From Myxococcota bacterium (GTDB taxonomy: Bacteria > Myxococcota_A > Polyangia > Polyangiales > Sandaracinaceae), in assembly GCA_036149055.1 (NCBI GenBank), contig JAYZQJ010000155.1:37954-101953 (forward strand): a stretch of DNA of 64,000 nt, given 5' to 3'. A model generated the notes under the pieces. The model searched no databases. It was not told where the DNA came from and saw only the letters and a list, made by a program, of their open reading frames with translations. Shown here piece after piece: positions 18,925 through 27,153 of the stretch. Made by a program: the position numbers and the translations under genes. Every line of letters begins with the position of its first letter. The first letter of the stretch is position 1.

Positions 18925-21258
18925 TCAGGTCGTCTGCGTGGTGAAGTCCTCGGCCCGCGCCCGCTCCTCGTCGGTCCAGGCGGCGTGGTCGGTGCGGGCG
19001 CCCGTCAGGTGCGCCCCCTCGAGCTGGGTCCGGTGCAGGGTCGCGCACCGCAGGTCGGCGTCCATCAGCACCGCCCTCCGCGCGTCCGCGCGGCTCAGGT
19101 CGGCGAAGCTCAGGTCCGCGCGGATGAGGTTCGCGCCGACGAGGCGCGCGTCCTCGAGGAGCGCGTGCGAGATGCGGGCGCGCTCCAGCTTGGACTCCGA
19201 GAGGTTCGCGCCCATGAGGTGCGCGTCGGTCAGGTCGACGTCGCTCGCGTCGACCCGCGACAGATCCGCCTCGGGCGCGTCCAGGCCCTCGGCGCGAGCC
19301 CCCGCCAGCTTCGCGCCCCGGAGGTCGGCCCCGCTCAGCCTCACCTGACGGAGCGACGCGCCTCGCAGGTCGGCGCCCGCCATCCGGCCGCGCGCGAAGC
19401 TCGAGTCGTCGAGCACGCACTCCGCCAGCGAGACGCCGTCGGCCACGCAGTCCTCCACGAGGCACGCGACGAGCTCCACGCCGTCGAGGCGACACGCCGT
19501 CAGGTCGGCCCCGGTCAGGTCGGCCTCGTGCAGCCGGGCGCCGCGGAGGTCCGCGCCGTCGACCCGTTCCGTCCTCAGGTGCGCGCCCCGCAGGTCGACA
19601 CCGGCGAGGCGCGCCTGCCGGAGGTCGACGCCGTCGAGGTTGGCGCCCGTCCAGCGCGCCCGCCCGAGCCCGGCGCCGCTCAGATCCGCCTCGCTCAGGT
19701 CGGCGCCGGTGAAGTCGCAGTCGGCGAGGTCGAGCCCGCGCAGGCGCGCCCCCGCGAGGTCGGCGCCGACCAGGCTCAGGCCCTCGAAGTCCACCCGCGA
19801 GAAGTCCACCTCGCCGAGCGGGACGCCGCGCAGGGAGCAGCCCGCGACCAGGAAGCGGTCGAGCGGCAGCCCGTCGAGCGTGGCCTCGTCCAGGACGGCG
19901 CCGGCGAAGTCGGCGCCGTCGATCCGCGCGTCCGTCAGGTCCGCGCCGGTGAGATCGGCGCCGGCGAGCCGGGCCTCCTCGAGCCCGGCCCGGACGAGGC
20001 GCGCGCCGCGCAGATCGCAGCCCTCGAGGTCGGCGCCGCGGAGCTTCGCCCCCGCGAGATCGACGCCGGCCAGGGGGACCGCGCGGAGCTCGGCCCCGCT
20101 CAGATCCGCGCCGGCGAGGAGCACCCCGTCCATGGCGACCCGGGCGAGCGGCCAGGCGCCGAGCTTCGACCCGGCGAGGCTCGTCGCGTGCATCGACGCC
20201 GGGGGGCTCGCGCCCTGGAGGTCGCTCCCGCTCAGCTCGACCTCGCGCAGCGTGACGCCGTCGAGGCGCGCGTCGGTGAAGCGCGAGCCCGGCGAGCGCA
20301 CGTCGACGAAGGTCGCGTCCGTCAGGTCGGCGCCGCGCGCGTCGAGCTCTGCGCCCCGGACGCGCTCCCAGCGCGAGCCGCGCGCGTCGGCGGACTCGAC
20401 GCTCACCCCGGAGGCGACGCACTCGAAGACCGAGAGGCCCCGGAGGCGAGCCCGGGTCAGGCGCGCGCCGGAGAGCTCGACGTCGCGGAGCGCGGCGCCC
20501 CGCAGGTCGACGTCGGGCAGGGAAGCGTCGGTGAGGCGGGTGTGCTCGACGGTCGCCTCGGCGAGCGAGCTCGGCGCGCCTTCGGCCCGGAGCCGGGCCA
20601 GGTCGGTCGACACCAGGTAGGCGTGCTCGAGCGAGGCGCCCTCGAGGACCACGTCGGGCGCGACCGCGTCCCGGAGATCGATCCGCGGCAGGCGCGCCCC
20701 GCGGAAGCTGGCGCCCTCGAGGCTCGCGCCGATCGCCGCGAGGCGGGGCAGCTCACCGCACTCGATCCGCAGCCCGTCGGCGAGCGCGCGCACCAGCGAG
20801 GCGTCGGTCCCCGTGCAGTCGCGGAGCGTGGCCTCCTCGAGGCGCGCGTCCTCCAGACCGACGCGGCCCAGGCTGCACGCCTCGAGCGTCGCCCCGCCGA
20901 GGTCGGCGCCGGCGAGCCACGCCTCGTCGAGCTGGCAGCGATGGAAGCGCGTCCGCGCGAGGTTGGCGCCCCCCGCCCGCATCGAGGTGAGATCGCAGTC
21001 GAGGACCTCGGCCTCCAGGAGCGCGCCGGACGTGAGCCGCGCCTCCCGCAGGATCACCCGCTCGAGCCGGGCGCGGACGAGCTTCACCGAGTCGAGCTCC
21101 GCGCCGCTCAGGTCGCATCCCACCCAGGTCGTGTCGAGCAGCACGCCGCCACGCAGCCCGGCGCCGGCGAGATCCACGCCCTCGATCCGGCAGCCCGAGA
21201 GGGTGCGCTTCGCGGAGCGCTCGAGCAGCTCCTCGCGTGTGGTGATGACGTCGCTCAC
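18925..21258 (-). CDS. Large pentapeptide-repeat protein (~777 aa)
   Basis: Nearly continuous A(D/R)L(T/S)G-type repeats; GTG start overlaps upstream stop (GTGA). Confidence 0.85.
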   Translation of the reverse strand: MSDVITTREELLERSAKRTLSGCRIEGVDLAGAGLRGGVLLDTTWVGCDLSGAELDSVKLVRARLERVILREARLTSGALLEAEVLDCDLTSMRAGGANLARTRFHRCQLDEAWLAGADLGGATLEACSLGRVGLEDARLEEATLRDCTGTDASLVRALADGLRIECGELPRLAAIGASLEGASFRGARLPRIDLRDAVAPDVVLEGASLEHAYLVSTDLARLRAEGAPSSLAEATVEHTRLTDASLPDVDLRGAALRDVELSGARLTRARLRGLSVFECVASGVSVESADARGSRWERVRGAELDARGADLTDATFVDVRSPGSRFTDARLDGVTLREVELSGSDLQGASPPASMHATSLAGSKLGAWPLARVAMDGVLLAGADLSGAELRAVPLAGVDLAGAKLRGADLEGCDLRGARLVRAGLEEARLAGADLTGADLTDARIDGADFAGAVLDEATLDGLPLDRFLVAGCSLRGVPLGEVDFSRVDFEGLSLVGADLAGARLRGLDLADCDFTGADLSEADLSGAGLGRARWTGANLDGVDLRQARLAGVDLRGAHLRTERVDGADLRGARLHEADLTGADLTACRLDGVELVACLVEDCVADGVSLAECVLDDSSFARGRMAGADLRGASLRQVRLSGADLRGAKLAGARAEGLDAPEADLSRVDASDVDLTDAHLMGANLSESKLERARISHALLEDARLVGANLIRADLSFADLSRADARRAVLMDADLRCATLHRTQLEGAHLTGARTDHAAWTDEERARAEDFTTQTT

Positions 21259-22370
21259 CGCTCTTCGATCACCCGGATGCGGGTCATGTCGGCGTCGTCG
21301 AGGCGCGCCCCGCCGAGGTCGATGCTGCAGAACGTGGCGTCGCCGAAGCGCGCGCCCGCGCAGTCCGCCCGATCGAGGAGCACGCCGTCGAGCAGGGCCC
21401 CGTCGAAGGTCGCCCCGGTGAGTCGCGCCCCGTCGAAGGTGGTGCGCACGATCTGGGCGCCGCGGAGATCGGCGTCTCCGAGGAGCGCGCCGCTCGCGTC
21501 GCAGAGCGAGAGGTTGGTCCGCGAGAGATCGGCCCGGGGCAGCGTCGCGCCCTTCAGGCTCGCGCCGTGGAGGTTGGCGCCGGCGGCGCGCATCGAGGGC
21601 CGTCCGTCGGCCGCCTCCCCGGCGACCCCCGCGAGGCACGCGCCCACCAGGCTGGCTTCGGTGAGGTCGACCTCGACGAAGGTGGCGCCGGTGAAGTCGG
21701 CGTGGCCGAGCGTGGCGGACCGAGCCCGGAGCCGCTCGCAGCGGGCGGACGACGCGGCCGCGCGCTCGAAGCGCGCGCCCTCCGCGTCGAGGTCGATCAG
21801 GGTGGCCCCGGTGAGGTTGGTGCGGAGGAAGCGCGCGCCCCGCGCCACGCAGCCCAGGAGGTGCGCGGAGGACAGATCGGCGTCGTCCAGGAAGGCGCTG
21901 GTCAGATCGCAGCTGTCGACCACCGTGTCGAGGAGGAGCGCGCCCCCGAGGTTGGTCGCCTCGAGGCGGCACCGCTCCAGCTGGGAGCGGCTCAGATCCG
22001 CCCGCGTGAAGGTCGCCCCGGTGAGATCGCACTCGTTCAGCGTGGCCAGCGGCATCTCGCAGCCGTCGAGGGTCGCGCGGCCGAAGAGGCAGCGCTCGGC
22101 GGTGACGGTGAACCAGCTCGAGCCGGAGAGCGTCGCCTCCCGGAAGCTGCAGCCGCGAAACGTCGCGTTCATCAGCCGCACGCCGTCGAGCTTCGCCCGG
22201 TCGAAGATCACGTCCTCGAACAGACCGGCCGCGAAGTGGACGCCCCGCAGATCGATCTCGCTCAGGTCGAGCCCGACGATGTGCGTGGCGGAGAGCCCGC
22301 GGCGGGTCGCGGCCCGCTCGAGGACCGCCTCGCGCGAGTCGAGGCGAGTCCGGTCGACCTCAGCCGTCAT
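21255..22370 (-). CDS. Pentapeptide-repeat protein (371 aa)
   Basis: Continuous pentapeptide repeats; ATGA overlap with vgrG stop. Confidence 0.85.
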   Translation of the reverse strand: MTAEVDRTRLDSREAVLERAATRRGLSATHIVGLDLSEIDLRGVHFAAGLFEDVIFDRAKLDGVRLMNATFRGCSFREATLSGSSWFTVTAERCLFGRATLDGCEMPLATLNECDLTGATFTRADLSRSQLERCRLEATNLGGALLLDTVVDSCDLTSAFLDDADLSSAHLLGCVARGARFLRTNLTGATLIDLDAEGARFERAAASSARCERLRARSATLGHADFTGATFVEVDLTEASLVGACLAGVAGEAADGRPSMRAAGANLHGASLKGATLPRADLSRTNLSLCDASGALLGDADLRGAQIVRTTFDGARLTGATFDGALLDGVLLDRADCAGARFGDATFCSIDLGGARLDDADMTRIRVIEER

Positions 22371-25360
22371 CCGAGGAACACCTTGCCCTTGATGTCGACC
22401 TTCGTCGCCGAGATCTCGAAGCCCGCCTTCCCGTCGATCTTGCCGCCGGACGCGGTCACGGAGATCTTCGCTCCGCCTCGCTCCTTCGTCATCCGCGCTT
22501 CGCTGCTGTTCGCGAGGAACATGCCGCCGCCGTTGTACTTCGCGAGGATCTCACCGCCGTTGGCGTAGAAACGCGACTTGCCGTCGTGCTCCCACAGAAT
22601 GCGCCCCTTCACCTTCGCGTCCCACGTGCCCTTGCCCGTGACCTTCACGTCCCCCTCGCTGCTCGTGAAGCTCCACTTCTTCGCGGTCAGCTTCGCCTCG
22701 TCGCCGCCGTCGACGTCGAGCAGCTCCTTCGACTTCACGTAGAACTTCTTCTTCGCCTCGAGCTTCGTGTCGTCCTCGGAGGTGACGCTGAGGTTTTTCC
22801 CCACCTTGACCGTGGTGTCGGCGCCCGACTCCACCTTGATCTGCTGCTTGCCCTTCACGTCGAGCAGGATGTCCGTCGAGATCTTCACCGTCTTGGCGGC
22901 GAGCTCGGCGTGGGTCCCACCGAAGAGGCAGAGCGAGCTGTCGGACGCGACCATCGCCCGAGACCGGCCGTACGTATAGTTGACATGCGGAGAGACCTGA
23001 TAGGTGCCCTGCATGCCGAACGTCACGAGGCTGTCGGTGGCATAGTTCAGGTGATAGTTCTCTCCCGGTATCCGCAAGTTCCACGAGCCCCGCGGACGCG
23101 AGCTGAGGATGGCGTCGGTCTGATCGATGGCGAGTCCCCTCGCCGCCGCCCAAGCGGTCGCGTTGATCAGCTTCTGAGAGTCCTTGTGGGCGTCGCTGAA
23201 GAGCTTCTTCTTCGCGGCCATGACCGCGCTCGCCGCGGCGCCGGCCTTGTTGGCGGCGTCCCAGCCGGGCTTGATCCAGTCCCCGTAGGTGCTGCCGTCG
23301 CCGCTCCACTTCCCGTCGAGGGTGACCGGCCCGAGCACCGGGTCGGCGCCGATGCTCTTGACCTCGTTGTAGGTCGAGACGTCTCCCGCGTCGGCCGCCC
23401 CCGAGTCGATCTTCTCCTGGATGATCCGGGCGCGCATCTGCGCCTCGGTCTCGTAGATCTTCTGGCCGTCCGACGTCTGGACGTACTGCGCGTCGTCCGG
23501 GTACTTCGGCGCGGGCGTGCCCAGGATGGCGTCCTCCGCCGCCTTCTTGCGCCCGTCGATGTTCTTCTTGTGGCTGTCCTTCATGGACTTGCCGAAGCCC
23601 ATCACGCTGTCGGTCAGCCCGGCGAGGGCCTGGGACGCCTTGAGCCCGGAGTTGAAGAGCTTCTCGACCTTCTCGAAGCCGACGATCGGGTTGGGGATCC
23701 CCGCCACCGACGTGACGTTGGTCCCGGTCACGCTGCCCTTGATCTCGGCGATGGTGCTCTTCACGTCCGAGAACGCCGCCGCGGTGCCGGCCGCCTGGGT
23801 GACCACGTTGGCGCTCGAGGAGATGATCGCGCCCGCCTCGGCCGCGTTGGGCGCGCCGAGCTGGAACACGGTGCCCTCGAACGGCGTGGACATCTTGATG
23901 CGGTGCTGGCCGTCCTCGTCGCTGATGTCGATCTCGTTGCCGCCGCCGGTCCGGATCAGGTTCCGGTCGCGGTTCTGGCTGCTCACCGGGCTGGCGGTGC
24001 TCGGGTTCGGCACCGTGCCGGTGATGATCGGGCGGTCGGGGTCGCCGTCGACGCAGCTGAGGATCACCTCCACGCCGGGGCGCAGCGGGAAGTGGAGGCC
24101 GTAGCCTTCGCCGGCGTGCGGCTGAGCCATGCGCACCAGCCGGCTCGCCTGCCCCTCGCCGCGCTCCGCCGTGTCGAACATGAAGCGGACGCGGTAGCGG
24201 CCCTGGTCGTCGACGTCCGCGTAGCCGTCCTGCACGCCGGCGTCGACGATCCCGGTGATGACGCCGCCGACCCGCGGCTTGGGCGTGACCCGCGGCGGGC
24301 GGTAGCGGGTCGAGGAGGTGATCGCGGTGATCACCGTGGTCACGTCGGACCCGCCGTCGCTCCCGTCGGTGCCCCAGCGCTGCTCGACCTTGGTCACGAG
24401 CAGGGCGACGTCGCCAAGCGGGTGGTTCGCGAGCAGGACGGTCTGCCCGGCGGCGAGGGCCGGGGCGACGCCCTCGCAGGTCCAGATCCGCTCCCGGGCG
24501 AGCAGCTCCTGGGCCCGGATGTCCGCGAAGCGCTGCCCCTCGTTCGGCCCCTTGAAGTGCGCGCCGTACTCGACGATCTCGCCGAGCCCGTCCGCCTTCA
24601 CGTCGGCCGAGGCCTTCAGGTCGACGCCCGGCGTGCGGTAGTTGTAGTCGCGCACGGTGTAGCGGCGCGGCATCGCGTTGCGGCGCACGTCGACCTGCAG
24701 CACGCGCTCGTGGAGGCCCTCCGCGGCGCCGCCCGCGGGCAGGAACGGCAGCTCGGGCGTGCGCTCCGACTCGGGGAACACGCTGTTGTCGTCGCCGAAC
24801 GTCAGCACGTCCTTCCCCTGCGTGCAGTCCACGAAGAAGAAGATGCCGTGGTGCTCGCAGAGGCGGCTGATGAACGCGAAGTCCGTCTCCTTGTACTGGA
24901 CGACGAACTCGAGCGGCGGGTAGTCCTCGGTGAGCCCCTCGAGGTCGAAGTGCTCGCCCGCCTCGAGGCCGCAGCGGGTCAGGCACTCCGCGATGATCTC
25001 GGGGACCGAGACCTCCATGAAGATGTCGAGGTACTCGCGCATCGTGGCCGCGAAGCAGCGGGGCACGAGCGTGATCTCGTAGCGGTGCCGCGCCGAGTGC
25101 GGGTCGGCCAGGTTGCGGATCTCCGAGACGAGGCCGAAGACGCGGTGGACCTCCTCGTCGGCGGTGGAGAAGGCGAGCGACGCCGGCTTCAGCATCACGG
25201 CGTCTTCGTCGAGCGCCCCGTCTCCCCCCTGCTCCGCTTCGATCTTCCAGACCGGGAGGGTGGAGAGGGCGTCGAGACCCGAGACCCGCTCGATGACGAG
25301 CTCGTCACCGGTCAGGGAATCGCTCTCCAGGCGTAGGGTGAGGTCGCGCTCCAGGGCCAT
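22367..25360 (-). CDS. vgrG: Type VI secretion spike protein VgrG with long internal insertion and beta-helical C-terminus
   Basis: 'QYKETDFAFISRLCEHHGIFF', 'RDYNYRTP', 'YRPPRVTPKPRVGG', 'DDQGRYRVRF', 'HFPLRPGVEVI...GDPDRPII', 'NLIRTGGGNEI'. Confidence 0.93.
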   Translation of the reverse strand: MALERDLTLRLESDSLTGDELVIERVSGLDALSTLPVWKIEAEQGGDGALDEDAVMLKPASLAFSTADEEVHRVFGLVSEIRNLADPHSARHRYEITLVPRCFAATMREYLDIFMEVSVPEIIAECLTRCGLEAGEHFDLEGLTEDYPPLEFVVQYKETDFAFISRLCEHHGIFFFVDCTQGKDVLTFGDDNSVFPESERTPELPFLPAGGAAEGLHERVLQVDVRRNAMPRRYTVRDYNYRTPGVDLKASADVKADGLGEIVEYGAHFKGPNEGQRFADIRAQELLARERIWTCEGVAPALAAGQTVLLANHPLGDVALLVTKVEQRWGTDGSDGGSDVTTVITAITSSTRYRPPRVTPKPRVGGVITGIVDAGVQDGYADVDDQGRYRVRFMFDTAERGEGQASRLVRMAQPHAGEGYGLHFPLRPGVEVILSCVDGDPDRPIITGTVPNPSTASPVSSQNRDRNLIRTGGGNEIDISDEDGQHRIKMSTPFEGTVFQLGAPNAAEAGAIISSSANVVTQAAGTAAAFSDVKSTIAEIKGSVTGTNVTSVAGIPNPIVGFEKVEKLFNSGLKASQALAGLTDSVMGFGKSMKDSHKKNIDGRKKAAEDAILGTPAPKYPDDAQYVQTSDGQKIYETEAQMRARIIQEKIDSGAADAGDVSTYNEVKSIGADPVLGPVTLDGKWSGDGSTYGDWIKPGWDAANKAGAAASAVMAAKKKLFSDAHKDSQKLINATAWAAARGLAIDQTDAILSSRPRGSWNLRIPGENYHLNYATDSLVTFGMQGTYQVSPHVNYTYGRSRAMVASDSSLCLFGGTHAELAAKTVKISTDILLDVKGKQQIKVESGADTTVKVGKNLSVTSEDDTKLEAKKKFYVKSKELLDVDGGDEAKLTAKKWSFTSSEGDVKVTGKGTWDAKVKGRILWEHDGKSRFYANGGEILAKYNGGGMFLANSSEARMTKERGGAKISVTASGGKIDGKAGFEISATKVDIKGKVFLG

Positions 25361-25407
25361 GGCCGGTAGTATCCGCAATCGGTGAACCCTCTACAAGGCT
25401 ACGACCC

Positions 25408-25992
25408 GTGACGGATGCAGAACACGATCCTCAGGCGCCGGTGGACCCCGAGCTGGCCCGCGCGCTCGCCTACGTGCACGAGAAGCTCGGCGAGGGCATC
25501 TTGCGCGACACGGAGCTGAGCGCGCACGTCTACGCGCTCACCGAGACCCTCGTCGCGTCCGGCGTCCTGTCGCTGCACGAGCTGGAGAAGCGCAAGGCGC
25601 GCACCCGCGAGCAGATGATCCAGGGCACGCTCACCCAGTGGCAGGGCGCCGAGGTGCTGAACGATCCGACCGACAAGTACACGGTGGAGGGGCCCCGCAT
25701 CGACTGCGCGTCCCGACTACACCTCTGCAAGGCAGCCTGCTGCCGGCTCGACTTCCACCTCTCTCGCCAGGATCTGCAGGAGGGCGTGGTGAAGTGGGAC
25801 GTCGGCCGGCCCTACCACATCCGCCATCGCGAGGACGGCTGGTGCTCGCACTGCGACCCCGAGACGAAGGGGTGCCACGTGCACGCCCAGCGGCCGCTCG
25901 TCTGCCGGCAGTACGACTGCCGTGAGGACTCGCGGATCTGGGAGGACTTCGAGAAGGCGATCCCGAACCCGTCGCTCAACGTGCTCCGCTGA
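25408..25992 (+). CDS. YkgJ-family (CxxCxxCC-like) cysteine-cluster Zn/Fe-binding protein
   Basis: 'CASRLHLCKAACC', 'DGWCSHCD...C.VHAQRPLVCRQYDC'. Confidence 0.8.
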   Translation: MTDAEHDPQAPVDPELARALAYVHEKLGEGILRDTELSAHVYALTETLVASGVLSLHELEKRKARTREQMIQGTLTQWQGAEVLNDPTDKYTVEGPRIDCASRLHLCKAACCRLDFHLSRQDLQEGVVKWDVGRPYHIRHREDGWCSHCDPETKGCHVHAQRPLVCRQYDCREDSRIWEDFEKAIPNPSLNVLR

Positions 25993-26718
25993 TCACGGGA
26001 GCTGGATGACGGAGAAGACGGTGTCCATCGGGTCCTTGCAGACGCCGACCCGGCCGAACGGGGTGTCGAAGGGCCCGTAGAGCACCGCGCCGCCCGCGCC
26101 CTTCACCCGCTCGAGCGCGGCGTCGGTGTCGGCGACCGCGAAGTAGGCGGTCCACGCCGGGTCGATGCCGTCCCAGGCCTCCGTCATCTGGAGCACGCCG
26201 AAGAGCGGCCGGCCGTCGGCGTGGAGCGTGTGATAGACCATCTCGGTCATCGTCTCGCTCGTGAGCTCGAACAGGCCGGCGAAGAAGTCGCGCACCGCCT
26301 CGCCCTCGCGCACGTTGACCTCGAACCAGGCGGGCGCGCCCGGCTGCTCGGTGACGCCGAAGCCCGCGTTCTCGCCCGGCTGCCAGAGCCCGAAGGTCGC
26401 GCCCCCCGGATCCCGGACCTGCGCCGCCCGACCGAGCTCGCCGATGTCGCCTGGCACCACCGTGACCACGCCCCCCGAGGCGCGCGCCGCGCGGCAGGTC
26501 TCGCCGATGTCGTCGGTCTCGAGGAACACCTGCCAGGGGCGCGGCTCGCCCGGCCCGATCCCGGCGACCGGCCGCCCGTCGAGGCGCGCCATGACCCACT
26601 CGCCGAACTCGGGCCCGATCGGCGTGAACGTCCAGCCGAGCACGTCCCCGTAGAACGCCTTCGCGCGCTCCACGTCGGTCCTCACATCGAGCCAGCACGG
26701 GGTGCCTCGTCGTCGCAT
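25993..26718 (-). CDS. VOC / glyoxalase family protein (two-domain)
   Basis: 'GTPCWLD...AKAFYGDVLGW', 'DPGGATFGLWQ', 'PAWFE', 'GGAVLYGPFDTPFGR...DP'. Confidence 0.9.
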   Translation of the reverse strand: MRRRGTPCWLDVRTDVERAKAFYGDVLGWTFTPIGPEFGEWVMARLDGRPVAGIGPGEPRPWQVFLETDDIGETCRAARASGGVVTVVPGDIGELGRAAQVRDPGGATFGLWQPGENAGFGVTEQPGAPAWFEVNVREGEAVRDFFAGLFELTSETMTEMVYHTLHADGRPLFGVLQMTEAWDGIDPAWTAYFAVADTDAALERVKGAGGAVLYGPFDTPFGRVGVCKDPMDTVFSVIQLP

Positions 26719-27148
26719 GACGATCGTCATAGCACCCGATTGTGGGGCATGTCCCGACTGCGAGGGGCGGACGTTCGATGCACGAATCCAGGCCGAGCGG
26801 AGGCAGCCAGTGGATGGGTTCGTCTGTGTGGAGTCGCGGGGGACGGTGGTGAGGGTGCCGGTGCGCGTCGTGTCGGCGTCGGCGCGGAGCGCGGAGCTGA
26901 AGGGGCTCGACGCGATCGGGTTACCGCCTCGCGCGGCGGTGACCTTGCGGATCGAGGACGACCGCGGATCGCTCGAGCTGCCGGCCGAGGTCACGCGGCA
27001 AGGCCGCCTCTCGACGCTCCGCCTGCGCTGCATCGGCACGCCTCGCGTCCGCTGGTCGCGGCTGGTCCGCGAGCACTTCGAGGCGAGCCGCGAGGTGCAG
27101 ACCGAGCCGGAGCGTCCCTCCGTGCTCCGCCGACGCGGCCGTCGATAG
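26717..27148 (+). CDS. Hypothetical protein, possibly degenerate PilZ-like (start uncertain)
   Basis: 'AERRQPV...VSASARSAEL...VTLRI...LELPAEVTR' resembles a PilZ beta-barrel. Confidence 0.4.
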   Translation: MTIVIAPDCGACPDCEGRTFDARIQAERRQPVDGFVCVESRGTVVRVPVRVVSASARSAELKGLDAIGLPPRAAVTLRIEDDRGSLELPAEVTRQGRLSTLRLRCIGTPRVRWSRLVREHFEASREVQTEPERPSVLRRRGRR

Positions 27149-27153
27149 GAGGG

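Noticed and set aside
18925..22370. Pentapeptide proteins as Qnr/MfpA quinolone-resistance genes
   Set aside because: Much longer than Qnr and embedded in a vgrG-DUF3540-PAAR-DUF2169 operon
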